Positions 19,999 through 31,071 are shown, numbered from the whole stretch's first letter. The stretch is 63,030 bases of DNA, filler included, from Deltaproteobacteria bacterium (GCA_030698575.1; 7 parts of 7 records of this genome joined end to end with filler, not necessarily neighbours in it), one strand, 5' to 3'. Translations and numbers: made by a program. The notes: generated by a model not told the origin, from the letters alone.

Positions 19999-20098
19999 NN
20001 NNNNNNNNNNNNNNNNNNNNNNNNNNNNNNNNNNNNNNNNNNTTAATTAATTAANNNNNNNNNNNNNNNNNNNNNNNNNNNNNNNNNNNNNNNNNNNN
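19999..20098. other. Artificial contig spacer
   Basis: N-TTAATTAATTAA-N linker. Confidence 0.98.
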
Positions 20099-20185
20099 AA
20101 TGAGAGGGACCTCCCGGTAGCGGTCCAATTCGGCCTGAGGATTGATCTTGGCCGCTGGTTCCATTCGGTTCGATCCTTACGTACT

Positions 20186-20282
20186 TGTCGTTGCGAGGAG
20201 CGAAGCGACGAAGCAATCCCTTCGTTCGTGGCGATGCCCGGGGGATTGCTTCGTCGCCCCTTTGGGGCGCCTCGCAATGACA
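20186..20282. repeat. Palindromic REP/MITE-like element, copy 1
   Basis: TGTCGTTGCGAGG...AAGCAATCCC...GGGATTGCTT...CCTCGCAATGACA; near-identical copy at 41031-41129. Confidence 0.8.
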
Positions 20283-20325
20283 TGCGAATATTCGGGCGAT
20301 CTGGCCCGCTGCCGACCCCCGGCTT

Positions 20326-20760
20326 TCAGGCCTGCGGTTCGAGCACCACGAGCGGGATCTTGCGGGTCGTGCGCCGCTCGTACTCGGCGTAGCCGCTCTC
20401 CGCCTCGACGACCTGCTTCCAGAGCCGCTCGCGCTCCTCGCCTTCGGCCTCTCTCGCGATGGCATTCACAACCTGGCTCCCGCGCTGGACCTGCACGTTC
20501 TGGTTCGTCTTGAGATTCAGGTACCAGGCCGGGTGGTAGGGCTCGCCCGCGTTCGAGGCGATGACCACGGGGGCGTCGCCCTGGGTGATGTACATGAGCG
20601 TGTTCTTGCGAACCTGGCCGGACTTGCGGCCCCGGGTGATGAGGATGAGCACGGGCATCCCGAACGCCTTCCCGCCGACGCGCCCTCCGGTCTTCTCGTA
20701 GATCCACGGGTGGATTTTCCAGAACATCTCCATGAGCTTTGTCTTCTTGACCGCGGGCAT
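20326..20760 (-). CDS. Deazaflavin (F420)-dependent nitroreductase family oxidoreductase (Ddn/FDOR-A)
   Basis: LITRGRKSGQ.R, VIASNAG...HPAWYLNL, YAEYERRTTRKIPLVVL. GAGGT RBS. Confidence 0.9.
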   Translation of the reverse strand: MPAVKKTKLMEMFWKIHPWIYEKTGGRVGGKAFGMPVLILITRGRKSGQVRKNTLMYITQGDAPVVIASNAGEPYHPAWYLNLKTNQNVQVQRGSQVVNAIAREAEGEERERLWKQVVEAESGYAEYERRTTRKIPLVVLEPQA

Positions 20761-20814
20761 GATTACCTCGTCTCTGTGCGCGCGGCGGGGCATTGCCCGG
20801 GCGCGGTAGGGCCG

Positions 20815-21489
20815 TCAGTTTGCGGGGGCGGCGCCGGTCTCGATGATCCGGCGTTCGATGCGGACCCCCGCCCATGCAATGAGCAGGAACGTGAACAGCG
20901 CCGACGCCGCCACCGCCTGGATGACCGGCGGGACCGGGCCGAGCCAGAATCCGAGCTGCAGGATTAGAAATCCCACAATGAACCAGCGGCCGGCGCGGCG
21001 CGCGGGCATGCCGGCGCCGCTGCGTCGAAACCAGAAAATGATGCTGGCGAAGAGCAGCGCCATCTCGGCCACGAAAGCCGGAACCGGATAGTTCCAGAGC
21101 GCCAGGCCGAGCTTCACCGTCTGATCACCGTCGAGCGGGAGATCGGGGCGGTGAACGATCAGGTCGAGAAACCAGTGCGAGGCGACCACCGCGGCTACCA
21201 CGACCGCCGTGCGCCCCGCGCCGCCAAGCACGGGAATGCGGTGGGCGAGGACGAACGCCACGGCAGCCCAGACGAACGTGCCGGCGAGGCTGTGGGTGTA
21301 GGGCATGTAGTCGAGGACGAGGGGATTTGACGAAAGCCCCGGATCGAGGGACGCCTTCTCGATCCCGAGGATGATGAAGATCGCCCAGAACACGTCGACG
21401 AACTGCGCCGCGAGGAACAGCACGCAGAAGGGCACGCGTGGCTCGACCGCTTTTCCGATGAAAGCCGCGCTGTAGTGTCCGACGAACAT
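20815..21489 (-). CDS. Membrane-bound putative metal-dependent hydrolase
   Basis: MFVGH, PYTHSL and SHWFLDLIVHRPDL motifs; multiple TM helices. Confidence 0.75.
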   Translation of the reverse strand: MFVGHYSAAFIGKAVEPRVPFCVLFLAAQFVDVFWAIFIILGIEKASLDPGLSSNPLVLDYMPYTHSLAGTFVWAAVAFVLAHRIPVLGGAGRTAVVVAAVVASHWFLDLIVHRPDLPLDGDQTVKLGLALWNYPVPAFVAEMALLFASIIFWFRRSGAGMPARRAGRWFIVGFLILQLGFWLGPVPPVIQAVAASALFTFLLIAWAGVRIERRIIETGAAPAN

Positions 21490-21491
21490 CT

Positions 21492-21782
21492 CTACCTGCT
21501 CTCTTGCAAATCCGGCAGCGGTTCATCCACCACCGCCGCCAGGCACTCAGGTTCGAGGAAGGGCATTAGAAAATTCACCCCGCAGGGGGCCTTCGTGCGT
21601 TGCGCGAGATCGTCGAGCATCTCCGCCAGTGCGGGGGGCGGGATCATGGGCGTGCCGATCATGCCGAGCCCGCCGGCGTTCGAAACCGCGCCGGCAAGCT
21701 CGAGAGTTGCGACGCCGGGCATGGCGGCGCACTGGATCGGCAACTTGCAGCCGACAAGCCGGGTAAAACCGGTTTCGAGCAT
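21492..21782 (-). pseudogene. Truncated nitronate monooxygenase-family (FMN TIM barrel) N-terminal fragment
   Basis: T.FTRLVG..LPIQ.AAM...LAGAVSNAGGLGMIG...GVNFL matches the NMO N-terminus, but the ORF stops at 96 aa directly before the next gene. Confidence 0.7.
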
Positions 21783-22025
21783 GGCTCTTCTCTCTTTGAG
21801 GCCGGCCTGCTCCTCACAGTGGACGGTTGTGCCTCAGCGGTAAGCGCCGCACGCGAGACGAAACCTGGCCTCGGGTGGATTCTCACGGTGGCAGGCGGGG
21901 CAGGGCACGAAGAACCCCCTCGGTTGGCGGCGTATTGATCCGGTTCTACAGGGAGCGGGCTGCGGGATCAAGGCGGGGTCAGTTCAGCCGGGGCAGGCCC
22001 TCGGCTGGCCGGATCAGCGTGATGC

Positions 22026-23612
22026 TCAGACTTCCTGCGTGGTGTCCCCGTCGCGATAGCGTACCTGATAGAGGTCTCTCCGGCGATCGTTCCAGTTCTG
22101 CGTGGTGCCGGTGTAACGATGCCGGCGGAGCGCCTCGATGTCGACGTCGTGAACGATCACCGTCTCGATGTTCGGCGTACACTCGGCGGCTACGCCCTCG
22201 CGGCTGAAGGAGATGTCGGAGGGCGTGAAGATCCCGGACTGCGCGTAGTGGATGTCGGCGTTCTCCACGAAGGGGAGGTTGCCCGTGCACCCCGCGACGG
22301 CCACGTAGACATGGTTCTCGATGCAGCGCGCCAGCGAGCAGTGCCGCACCCGAAGGTAGCCGTGGCGATCGTCGGTGTTGAACGGAACGAAGAGAATCTG
22401 CGCCCCCCGCTTGGCGGCGATGCGGGACAGCTCAGGAAACTCGATGTCGTAGCAGATGAGGATGGCGATCTTTCCCCGATCCGTCTCGAATACCTCCAGC
22501 TTCTCGCCGACCTTCACACCCCACCATTTCTTCTCGTTGGGTGTGACGTGCAGCTTGTACTGTTTGCTGACCGCGCCATCGCGCCTGAAGAGATAGGAGA
22601 TGTTGTAGAGCGAATCCCCCTCCAGTGTGAACGTTGAACCGCCGACGATGTTGACGTTGTAGTTGATAGCGAGGTTCGTGAACATCTCGATGTACTGCGG
22701 CGTGAACTCTGCCAGCGCCCTCGCGGCCAGGCCGGGGCGCGTGGCCTCGGTGCAGGAGAGCAGCTGTGTCGTGAGCAGCTCCGGGAAGAGAAGGAAGTCG
22801 GAGCGGTGATCGGCGGCGACGTCGACGAAGAACGCGCACTGCTGCGCGAACTCGTCGAAGGACTTGATGCTCCGCATCTGGTACTGGACCACGCCGATCC
22901 GCACGATCTGGACCGGGCGGAAGTGCCGCCGCGCGTCGGGGCGGTATTCGAGGTTCGTCCACTCGAGGAAGGTCGCGAAGCCCTTCGACTCTTGATCCAC
23001 GGGGAGATAGTCTGGAATCAGCCTCTGCAGGACGAACCCGTTGGCAATCTGCGGCGTCAGCACCGGGTCGAACAGCTCCTTCGCCATCACCCGCTCGACG
23101 TACTCGACGGCGCTCATTTCGTCGGCATACGCCCCGTAGCCGGGCATGCGGCCGCCGATGATGATCCGCATGAGGTTCTTTTCGCGGGCCACCTGTTTGC
23201 GGGCATCGTAGATGCGCCGCGACAGGCGCATACCGCGGTACTCCGGATCGACCATGATCTCGATGCCGTACAGCGTGTCTCCGTTCGGGCTGTGGTTCCG
23301 GATGTAGCCGGAGTCGGCGATCTCGGCCCAGTCGTGCCAGTCGGAATAGAGATCGAAGTCGACGATGAGGCTCGCCGAGGAGGCGACAATCTTGCCGTCC
23401 GCCTCCACGCAAATCTGCCCGTCCGGGAAGATCTTGATCTGACTCTCGAAATGCTCCTGCTTCCAGGTCTTCATGTTGGGAAAGCACTTGCGCTGGAGCT
23501 CGCAGACCGCTTCGTAGTCTTCGTTTCGGAGCTTTCGGATCTGCACGCGCTTGGAGGGTTTATGCCCCCGCTTTCGCGCAGACTTGCCTTTTTTTCTCGT
23601 TCCCTCCGACAA
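22026..23612 (-). CDS. Bifunctional GNAT N-acetyltransferase / carbon-nitrogen hydrolase (nitrilase superfamily)
   Basis: GNAT motif [10 protein letters not shown]. Nitrilase triad in FPEL, QYKLH and ICYDIEFPE. Confidence 0.9.
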   Translation of the reverse strand: MSEGTRKKGKSARKRGHKPSKRVQIRKLRNEDYEAVCELQRKCFPNMKTWKQEHFESQIKIFPDGQICVEADGKIVASSASLIVDFDLYSDWHDWAEIADSGYIRNHSPNGDTLYGIEIMVDPEYRGMRLSRRIYDARKQVAREKNLMRIIIGGRMPGYGAYADEMSAVEYVERVMAKELFDPVLTPQIANGFVLQRLIPDYLPVDQESKGFATFLEWTNLEYRPDARRHFRPVQIVRIGVVQYQMRSIKSFDEFAQQCAFFVDVAADHRSDFLLFPELLTTQLLSCTEATRPGLAARALAEFTPQYIEMFTNLAINYNVNIVGGSTFTLEGDSLYNISYLFRRDGAVSKQYKLHVTPNEKKWWGVKVGEKLEVFETDRGKIAILICYDIEFPELSRIAAKRGAQILFVPFNTDDRHGYLRVRHCSLARCIENHVYVAVAGCTGNLPFVENADIHYAQSGIFTPSDISFSREGVAAECTPNIETVIVHDVDIEALRRHRYTGTTQNWNDRRRDLYQVRYRDGDTTQEV

Positions 23613-23615
23613 GTT

Positions 23616-24190
23616 TCAACCCTCCCGGGCCCGAGGGCCCTCGATCTTGGTGCGCGGCTCGATCCAGTGCAGAGGAATCAAGCCTACTAAAGATAGGGCA
23701 GCCATCACGGTGAACGCAACGGCATATCCATGCCAGGCGTGGAGTCGCCCGATTCCGAACGCCGACCATGACTCGCACAGGTTCGTTGCGCCCATGTAGG
23801 CGCTGAACTGGGTCGCCCTGAGCCGGGTGTCGGTGATGTCCATGAAGAGGGCGTAGGAAGAAGCCGTTAGGAGCCCGATCGCGAGATAGAGGCCCACAAA
23901 CAGGCCCTGGAGCAGGTCGGGACCCGCGCCTGCGCGGACCGAGAGCGCGAGGGCGAACACGCCGCCGGCCGTCAGGAGGACGAACAGCTCGACGATCCGG
24001 CGCCGTCCGCCTCGATCGGAAAGCGGGCCGCCCGCGAGCGCGCCGAGCAGCATGGCGGCCACCGCCGCGAGATAGAAGGTTCCGACAGCCTGCTCGCTCA
24101 GCCCCTGATCGATCAGGAAGGGTCCTGCCACCGCGCCCGCTGCCTCGAACGCCGCGCCCCCGAGGGCGGCGAAGCCGAGCCCCATCCAGG
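23616..24190 (-). CDS. MFS transporter (AmpG-like), C-terminal part; 5' end cut by contig end
   Basis: Hydrophobic helices, GGPLSDRGGRR MFS motif, ATQFSAYM. Confidence 0.75.
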
Positions 24191-24290
24191 NNNNNNNNNN
24201 NNNNNNNNNNNNNNNNNNNNNNNNNNNNNNNNNNTTAATTAATTAANNNNNNNNNNNNNNNNNNNNNNNNNNNNNNNNNNNNNNNNNNNN
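24191..24290. other. Artificial contig spacer
   Basis: N-TTAATTAATTAA-N linker. Confidence 0.98.
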
Positions 24291-24782
<492 letters not shown>

Positions 24783-25955
24783 CTACTTGATCCCCGCGTC
24801 TGATTTGAGCGTGTCCGCCTTGTCCACCCGCTCCCAGGTGAAGTTCTCTCCCGAGCGGCCGAAGTGGCCGTGGCAGGCGGTTTCGCGATAGATGGGGCGC
24901 AGGAGGTCGAGCATTTCGATGATCCCGCGAGGCTTCAGGTCGAAGTGCGTTCGAACGAGCCGGGAAATGTCTTCCTCCGAGACGACGCCCGTGCCGAAGG
25001 TGTCGATGGCCACGGAGACGGGCTCCGCCACGCCGATGGCGTAGGCCACCTGGACCTCGCAGCGCTTCGCGAGACCGGCCGCCACGATGTTCTTCGCAAC
25101 GTAGCGCGCCGCATAGGCGCCGCTCCGGTCGACCTTGGTCGGATCCTTGCCGCTGAAGGCCCCGCCACCGTGCCGTCCCATGCCTCCGTAGGTGTCGACG
25201 ATGATCTTGCGCCCGGTGAGCCCCGAGTCACCCATGGGCCCGCCGACCACGAAGCGTCCCGTGGGGTTCACGTGATACACGGTGCTGTCGTCGAGGAATT
25301 GCGCCGGGACGGTCTTCTTGATGAGCTTGGTGATGATGGTTTCGCGGATATCGTCGTAGGCAACCCGCTCATCGTGCTGCGTGGAGATGACGACCGCGGT
25401 CACACGGACGGGGCGGTTGTTCTCGTACTTGATTGAAACCTGGGATTTTCCGTCGGGGCGAAGCCAGCTCACCTCGCCCGAGCGGCGCAGCTCGGCGAGG
25501 CCGGCCACGAGCTGGTGGGCGAGCTGGATCGGAAGCGGCATCAGCTCGGGCGTCTCGTCGCAGGCGTAGCCGAACATCATCCCCTGATCGCCGGCCCCCT
25601 GATCCTTGTGGAGCCCCTCGTTCTCATCCACCCCCTGGGCGATGTCGGGCGACTGCTTGTCGAGCGCCACGAGCACGCCGCAGCTCGCGGCGTCGAAGCC
25701 CATCTCGCTCGAGGTGTAGCCGATGTCCCGGACGGTTTCGCGGACCACATCGGGGATGTCGACCCGGGCGCTGCTGGTGATCTCGCCAGCCACGACGACG
25801 AAGCCGGTCTTGAGGAGAGTCTCGCAGGCCACCCGGCTTCGCGGGTCCTGGGCCAGCATGCTGTCGAGGATGGCGTCGGATATCTGGTCCGCCATCTTGT
25901 CGGGATGCCCCATCGAGACGGACTCGGAGGTAAAAACGAAGTTCTTCGCGGACAT
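24783..25955 (-). CDS. metK: S-adenosylmethionine synthetase
   Basis: [28 protein letters not shown]. Confidence 0.97.
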   Translation of the reverse strand: MSAKNFVFTSESVSMGHPDKMADQISDAILDSMLAQDPRSRVACETLLKTGFVVVAGEITSSARVDIPDVVRETVRDIGYTSSEMGFDAASCGVLVALDKQSPDIAQGVDENEGLHKDQGAGDQGMMFGYACDETPELMPLPIQLAHQLVAGLAELRRSGEVSWLRPDGKSQVSIKYENNRPVRVTAVVISTQHDERVAYDDIRETIITKLIKKTVPAQFLDDSTVYHVNPTGRFVVGGPMGDSGLTGRKIIVDTYGGMGRHGGGAFSGKDPTKVDRSGAYAARYVAKNIVAAGLAKRCEVQVAYAIGVAEPVSVAIDTFGTGVVSEEDISRLVRTHFDLKPRGIIEMLDLLRPIYRETACHGHFGRSGENFTWERVDKADTLKSDAGIK

Positions 25956-26033
25956 GAAGGCTGCTCCAGAAGGCCGTCTTCGGGCGGGCCGGGCCGTTTT
26001 GACGGGCAAGTCAGCGGAAAATGAGAGTCGGCT

Positions 26034-26061
26034 AGGGTATCAGAGCATCGCGGTTTGTCAA
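26034..26061 (-). promoter_or_regulatory. Putative sigma70 promoter for metK-ahcY
   Basis: Minus strand TTGACA-N16-TACCCT. Confidence 0.5.
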
Positions 26062-26075
26062 CGTCCGGGAGAGCC

Positions 26076-27830
26076 CTAGGGCAGGACGCCGGGGAAGCGG
26101 CGGTCGGTCTCCTCCTGGAGAAAACCCTTCACCTCCTCCGCCGTCGGCAAGGTCAGGGCCTGCGCAACGATCTCGCGGGCCTCCCTGAGGGTGGTCCCCC
26201 GTACGATCCGCTTGACGCAGGGGATGGCGAGGGAGTTCATCGAAAGCTCGTCCAGGCTGAGCCCGATGAGCATCAGGATGTTCCGGGGGTCGTTGGCCAT
26301 CTCGCCGCACATCATCACGGGGATTCCGGCGGCGTGCCCTGCCTCGACCACGCGCTGGATGAGGCGCAGATGTGCCGGGTGAAGCGGCTCGTAGAGATAG
26401 GCGACCTGCTCGTTCCCGCGGTCGACGGCCAGCGTGTACTGGATGAGATCGTTCGTCCCGATGCTGAAGAAATCCACCTCCGGCGCGAGGAGATCGCTGA
26501 TCATCGCGCTGCTCGGCGTCTCCACCATGATCCCCACGGGGAGGTCGGGATCGTAGCGCTCCGACCGGGCGTCCAGCTCCTCCCTGACCTCCGCGAGTAT
26601 CAGCTTCGCTTCACGAATCTCGCTCACATCGGAGATGAGAGGAAACATGATCCGGGCGCGCCCGTGCGCGCTCGCGCGGAGGATGGCGGCAAGCTGAGTC
26701 TTGAACAGCTCACGCTCCCGGAGGCAGAAGCGCATGGCGCGGAGCCCCAGCGCCGGGTTCGACTCCTGGGAGAGATTGAAGGGGCCGGCAAACTTGTCGC
26801 CGCCCAGGTCGAGCGTGCGAATGACGGCGGGATGGGGCGCCACCCGCTCGACCACCGACCGGTAGATGCGGTAGTGCTCCTCCTCATCCGGCAGATCGGT
26901 CCGGTTCATGTATAGGAACTCGGTCCGGAAGAGCCCCACCCCTGCGCCGCCATGCGCCAGCAAGGAAGGAATCTCCTCGACGAGCTCGACGTTTCCCACC
27001 AGCCGGAGCTCGTAGCCGTCCCGCGTCTCGGCCGGAAGATCGGTGTACCTGAGCAGTTCCCGCTCCAGCGCGAGATACTCTCCCCGTTGCTGCCGGCACT
27101 GCTCGAGTGTGGCCGGGTCGGGATTGACGCGAACGACCCCCGTGCAGCCATCGACCACGAGAAGGTCGCCCGGCTTGATCAGGCTCGTGGCGTTCTCGAG
27201 CCCGACCACGGCGGGAATCTCGAGGGCGCGCGCGGTGATTGCGGTGTGGGAGGTTTTTCCGCCGGCGTCCGTGACGAAGCCCATCACGAGTTTCCTGTCG
27301 AGCTGCGCCGCATCCGCCGGTGAGAGGTCGTGCGCAACGATGATGATCTCGGTGAGCGATCGCTGGATGGTCTCCTGCTTTTCACCCAACAGGTTCCGCA
27401 TCACGCGATCAGCCACAACCTGGAGATCGGTCCGGCGCTCACGGATGTACTCGTCGTCGATCGCTTTGAAGACATCCATGACGCGATCCACGATCATCCG
27501 GAGGGCGTGCTCGGCGTTAACCCGGTGCTCGGAGATGTTCCGGCCGGTCTCCTCGAGGATCATGACGTCCTCGAGAATCAGCAGGTGGGCATCGAAGATG
27601 TGGCTCAGCCCCTCCGGCCCGGAAAATTGCTCCTTCACGCGGAGCAGCTGCTCGCGTGACCGCTCGACCGCTCCCTTGAAGCGGGCGAGTTCGGATTCGA
27701 TCCGGTCGGGCTCGATCTCGTAGCGTGGAATGGAGACTTCACGGGAACGGAGGACGTAGGCTTCGCCTATCGCGATGCCCGGCGAGGCATCTATCCCGGT
27801 CATGATGGTCTGTTTTTCTGCGCTGGTCAT
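26076..27830 (-). CDS. ptsI: PEP-protein phosphotransferase (PTS enzyme I)
   Basis: GGKTSHTAI phospho-His, GLFRTEFL, DFFSIGTNDLIQY, MCGEMA. Confidence 0.95.
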   Translation of the reverse strand: MTSAEKQTIMTGIDASPGIAIGEAYVLRSREVSIPRYEIEPDRIESELARFKGAVERSREQLLRVKEQFSGPEGLSHIFDAHLLILEDVMILEETGRNISEHRVNAEHALRMIVDRVMDVFKAIDDEYIRERRTDLQVVADRVMRNLLGEKQETIQRSLTEIIIVAHDLSPADAAQLDRKLVMGFVTDAGGKTSHTAITARALEIPAVVGLENATSLIKPGDLLVVDGCTGVVRVNPDPATLEQCRQQRGEYLALERELLRYTDLPAETRDGYELRLVGNVELVEEIPSLLAHGGAGVGLFRTEFLYMNRTDLPDEEEHYRIYRSVVERVAPHPAVIRTLDLGGDKFAGPFNLSQESNPALGLRAMRFCLRERELFKTQLAAILRASAHGRARIMFPLISDVSEIREAKLILAEVREELDARSERYDPDLPVGIMVETPSSAMISDLLAPEVDFFSIGTNDLIQYTLAVDRGNEQVAYLYEPLHPAHLRLIQRVVEAGHAAGIPVMMCGEMANDPRNILMLIGLSLDELSMNSLAIPCVKRIVRGTTLREAREIVAQALTLPTAEEVKGFLQEETDRRFPGVLP

Positions 27831-27891
27831 GGAGCTCGCTCGGGCGCCTGTTCGGGCGCTCGCTGGGGGAGCTTGCTCGGCAGGGGTCTGC

Positions 27892-28200
27892 TCACTCCTC
27901 TCCGAACTTGTTCTCGATCAACTCGCACAATCGCGCCACGGCGGCGCTCGCTTCGGCCCCGCTGGCGCGCAGCGTCACCTGCGTGCCCTTGCTGGCCGCG
28001 AGAGTGAGAATCCCCATGATGCTCTTGCCGTTCACCTCGTTGCCGTCCCTGGCAAGAAAGATCTCGCACGGAAACCTGGCCGCCGTCTGGACGAACAGCG
28101 CTGCGGCCCGGGCGTGAAGCCCCAGCTTGTTCTTGATGGTGCAGGTTCTGTTCGTCAGGGAGCCTGCGCCCGCCCCCTCCTGCTCGTGACCCGGTTCCAT
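27892..28200 (-). CDS. ptsH: Phosphocarrier protein HPr
   Basis: GLHARAA (His15) and NGKSIMG (Ser46). Confidence 0.93.
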   Translation of the reverse strand: MEPGHEQEGAGAGSLTNRTCTIKNKLGLHARAAALFVQTAARFPCEIFLARDGNEVNGKSIMGILTLAASKGTQVTLRASGAEASAAVARLCELIENKFGEE

Positions 28201-28610
28201 TATTTCTTTCCTCGACTGCGCAGGATCTCGCTCGCGATGGAGATGTTCCGCTGGCCGTAGGCCTTGATGAAGGCGGCCAGCTCCTCCAGGGTTTTCCCTT
28301 CGCGGAAGCTCGCGAGTTTGATCAGCATCGGGAGGTTGACCCCGGAGATCACCTCCACCTTCTTCTCGTCGAGGAACGTCAGGCTTATGTTCGATGGCGT
28401 TCCGCCGAACATGTCCGTCAGGATCAGCGCACCCGCGCCCCGGTCGACCTTCTTCAGTCCCGATGCGATCTCGGACCGTATCGCTTCGACGTCCTGCGTG
28501 GGCCCGATGGAAACCGCCTGAAACCCCTCCACCGGCCCGATGATGAGTTCAAGAGTTTTCAGAAACTCCTGGGCAAGGTCGCAATGGCAAACAATGACGA
28601 CTCCGATCAT
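28200..28610 (-). CDS. PTS mannose/fructose-type EIIA component
   Basis: IVCH, LTDMFGGTPSN, GVNLPML. Confidence 0.92.
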   Translation of the reverse strand: MIGVVIVCHCDLAQEFLKTLELIIGPVEGFQAVSIGPTQDVEAIRSEIASGLKKVDRGAGALILTDMFGGTPSNISLTFLDEKKVEVISGVNLPMLIKLASFREGKTLEELAAFIKAYGQRNISIASEILRSRGKK

Positions 28611-28648
28611 AAAATTCCCCGAATAGGTTCAGGCCCGGTTGAGCGCGG

Positions 28649-29524
28649 CTAGTGGCGTCCGATGTCCCGGTGATCCACCAGGACGTGATCGTGGCGCGCC
28701 TTCAGGTACTTCTCCAGCTCCCGAACAATGACCACCGAGCGGTGCCGGCCCCCGGTGCAGCCGATGCCGATGGTCAGGTACGCCTTCCCCTCCTTCTCGT
28801 AGAGGGGAACCAGAAAATCGATCAGGTCGAAGAACTTCTCGATAAAGGCTTGTGTTTCCGGCTGCGACAGCACGTAGTCGGTTACCGGCTGCTCGAGCCC
28901 CGTTCGTAAGCGCAACTCTTCCACGAAGTTCGGGTTCGGCAGAAACCGGACGTCGACCGTGAGGTCGGCATGCTCAGGAAGCCCGTTCCGGTATCCAAAG
29001 GAAACGAGCGACAGGGTCATTTTAGTGGCATCCGGGGAGCCGGTAAACAGCCGGTTCACCTCGCGGCGCAGATCGTGCACCGTGAGACTCGAGGTGTCTA
29101 GGATGTGGTCCGACAACCGCCGGACGTCCTCGAGCGCCCGCCGCTCGAGGCGGATGCCATCCAGCACCGTTCCGGTCGGCGTGAGCGGGTGGCGCCGGCG
29201 CGTCTCCTGGAAACGGTGCGTGAGAGCCTCGTCGCCGGCCTCCAGGAACAGCACCTCCACGGGCGTCCCCCCCTCCCGGAGCTGCTTGTGGATGGCCGGG
29301 AACTCCTTCAGGAATTCCCCTTCCCGGACATCGGCCACCAGGCCGACTTTCTGAATGGTCCCCGACTGGCGGCACAGGTCGACAAAAGTGGTCACCAGGA
29401 CGAGCGGAAGATTATCGACGCAATAATAGTCCAGATCCTCCAGGACCTTGACGGCTGTCGACTTCCCCGAGCCGGAGAGCCCGCTGATGATCACGACCTT
29501 TATCGACTGATCACCCGAGATCAT
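28649..29524 (-). CDS. rapZ: RNase adapter RapZ / YvcJ family P-loop protein
   Basis: SGLSGSGKS, CVDNLP, DVRFLPNP, GCTGGRHRS. Confidence 0.93.
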   Translation of the reverse strand: MISGDQSIKVVIISGLSGSGKSTAVKVLEDLDYYCVDNLPLVLVTTFVDLCRQSGTIQKVGLVADVREGEFLKEFPAIHKQLREGGTPVEVLFLEAGDEALTHRFQETRRRHPLTPTGTVLDGIRLERRALEDVRRLSDHILDTSSLTVHDLRREVNRLFTGSPDATKMTLSLVSFGYRNGLPEHADLTVDVRFLPNPNFVEELRLRTGLEQPVTDYVLSQPETQAFIEKFFDLIDFLVPLYEKEGKAYLTIGIGCTGGRHRSVVIVRELEKYLKARHDHVLVDHRDIGRH

Positions 29525-30585
29525 GGCTTTCCACGCTTCCTGCCGCGGCCCGATTTCGCCGCCCGCTTGACGCCCCGCCCCCCGGCGGCGCGCCCTTGCT
29601 TGGCGGCCCGCGGGGCAGGCTTCGTCGAGCCATTGTCCGGCATGGCCGGGGTGGCCCGCCTGAGCCGCGTCAGAAGCCGCTCGTTGAACGTCTGCGCCGA
29701 CAGCGTCCCTCGCTTCTTGAGAATCTCGTTTCGCGAGGCCACCTCGATGATCGTGGCCAGGTTCCTCCCCGGCTTCACGGGCACGTGAACCTTCGGTATC
29801 TCGACGTCGAGGAGGACCTCGATATCCGCCTCGAGGCCGGTGCGGTCCGGATTGGGCAGGTCGCCCCAGTCGACGAGATGCACGATCAGATCGATCGGCA
29901 TCCGCTCCCGGGTGGACGTGGCGCCGTAGAGGTCCAGCACGTTGATGATTCCAAGGCCCCGGATCTCCATGTGAAATCCGAGGCTCGAATTGGGCATGCC
30001 AAGGAGCCGCTTGTGGGCGACCCGGCGGATCTCCACTACGTCGTCGGCAACGAGCCGGTGCCCCCGGGCCACGAGATCGAGCGCAGCCTCGCTCTTTCCC
30101 ACGCCGCTCTTCCCCTGCAGCAAAATTCCCAGGCCGAAGACGTCCACGAGCACGCCGTGCACGCGCGTGCGGTCCGCGAGCTTTTCCTCGAGAAAGCGGG
30201 TGAGCCGGCTGACGATGCGGGCTTTGGCCAGGCGCGCGCGAAGAAGGGGGATCTTGCGCGACTCACAGGCCTCGAGCAGAGATCGCGGAGGCGCGAGGTT
30301 GTAGGTAACAATGATGCAGGCAAGCGGCAGGCCGCAGAACTCTTCGATGATCTCGCTGCGCCGCTGCGAGGTGAGCGATTTCAGGTAAGCAAGTTCGGCC
30401 TTCCCGAGCAGCTGCACCCGCTCGGTTTCCATATACGCGCGAAACCCCGCGAGTGCGAGGCCGGGCTCCTGGATCCTGGGAATCGAGATGACGTTGGAAA
30501 GACCGTCGCGCCCCGCCAGGACGTGGAGCCCGAGGTCCTTGTCGGCCTCATCGAGGATGTCCTGAACCCGCAATTGAGAAGCCAT
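29521..30585 (-). CDS. hprK: HPr kinase/phosphorylase
   Basis: HGVLVDV, GKSGVGKSE, LVADD, MEIRGLGII, PGRNLA. Confidence 0.95.
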   Translation of the reverse strand: MASQLRVQDILDEADKDLGLHVLAGRDGLSNVISIPRIQEPGLALAGFRAYMETERVQLLGKAELAYLKSLTSQRRSEIIEEFCGLPLACIIVTYNLAPPRSLLEACESRKIPLLRARLAKARIVSRLTRFLEEKLADRTRVHGVLVDVFGLGILLQGKSGVGKSEAALDLVARGHRLVADDVVEIRRVAHKRLLGMPNSSLGFHMEIRGLGIINVLDLYGATSTRERMPIDLIVHLVDWGDLPNPDRTGLEADIEVLLDVEIPKVHVPVKPGRNLATIIEVASRNEILKKRGTLSAQTFNERLLTRLRRATPAMPDNGSTKPAPRAAKQGRAAGGRGVKRAAKSGRGRKRGKP

Positions 30586-30612
30586 CGCCGCTGTCCGCTC
30601 CGATCCGCCAGC

Positions 30613-31071
30613 TCACTGGCTGGCGTCCCCCTCATCAATGATCGTGAGGATCTCCTCGGCCGTCTCGACCTCGAGCAGGCGCTTCCGGATGTCGGCGTCC
30701 TTCAGCAGCCGGGAGAGGCGAGCCAGCATTTTCAGGTGATCCCCGACGGAGCCCTCTTGGGCAAGCAGCACGAAGAAGAGCATCGTGGGCTTCCCGTCCA
30801 TCGCATCGAAGTCGATCCCTTCGCGGGACCGGCCGAAACCCAGGTGGAGCCGGCTGAGTCCGCGCATTTTGCCGTGCGGGATCGCGATACCGTCGCCGAT
30901 TCCCGTGCTTCCGAGCTTTTCGCGATCGAGCAATACCTGCACGACCCGCTCCGGATCCGAATCGAGGGCGGGCGCCATGGCGGCGCTGATCTCCTCCAGA
31001 ACGCCGCGTTTGTCGCGCCCCGCAAGATTGGGGAGCACCGCCGCCTTGTCGAGAACATCCAGGATTCGCAT
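30613..31071 (-). CDS. ptsN: PTS IIA nitrogen-regulatory protein
   Basis: REKLGSTGIGDGIAIPH; position downstream of rpoN. Confidence 0.9.
   Translation of the reverse strand: MRILDVLDKAAVLPNLAGRDKRGVLEEISAAMAPALDSDPERVVQVLLDREKLGSTGIGDGIAIPHGKMRGLSRLHLGFGRSREGIDFDAMDGKPTMLFFVLLAQEGSVGDHLKMLARLSRLLKDADIRKRLLEVETAEEILTIIDEGDASQ

Noticed and set aside
21783-22025. Short inverted repeats (TTGATCC/GGATCAA; CAGCCGGGG/CCTCGGCTG) in the intergenic region
   Set aside because: Short GC-rich stems without U-tracts or second copies; not distinguishable from chance.
25956-26075. Possible SAM riboswitch upstream of metK
   Set aside because: The leader is short and I could not recognise SAM-I, SAM-II or SAH riboswitch motifs; only a sigma70-like promoter is visible.
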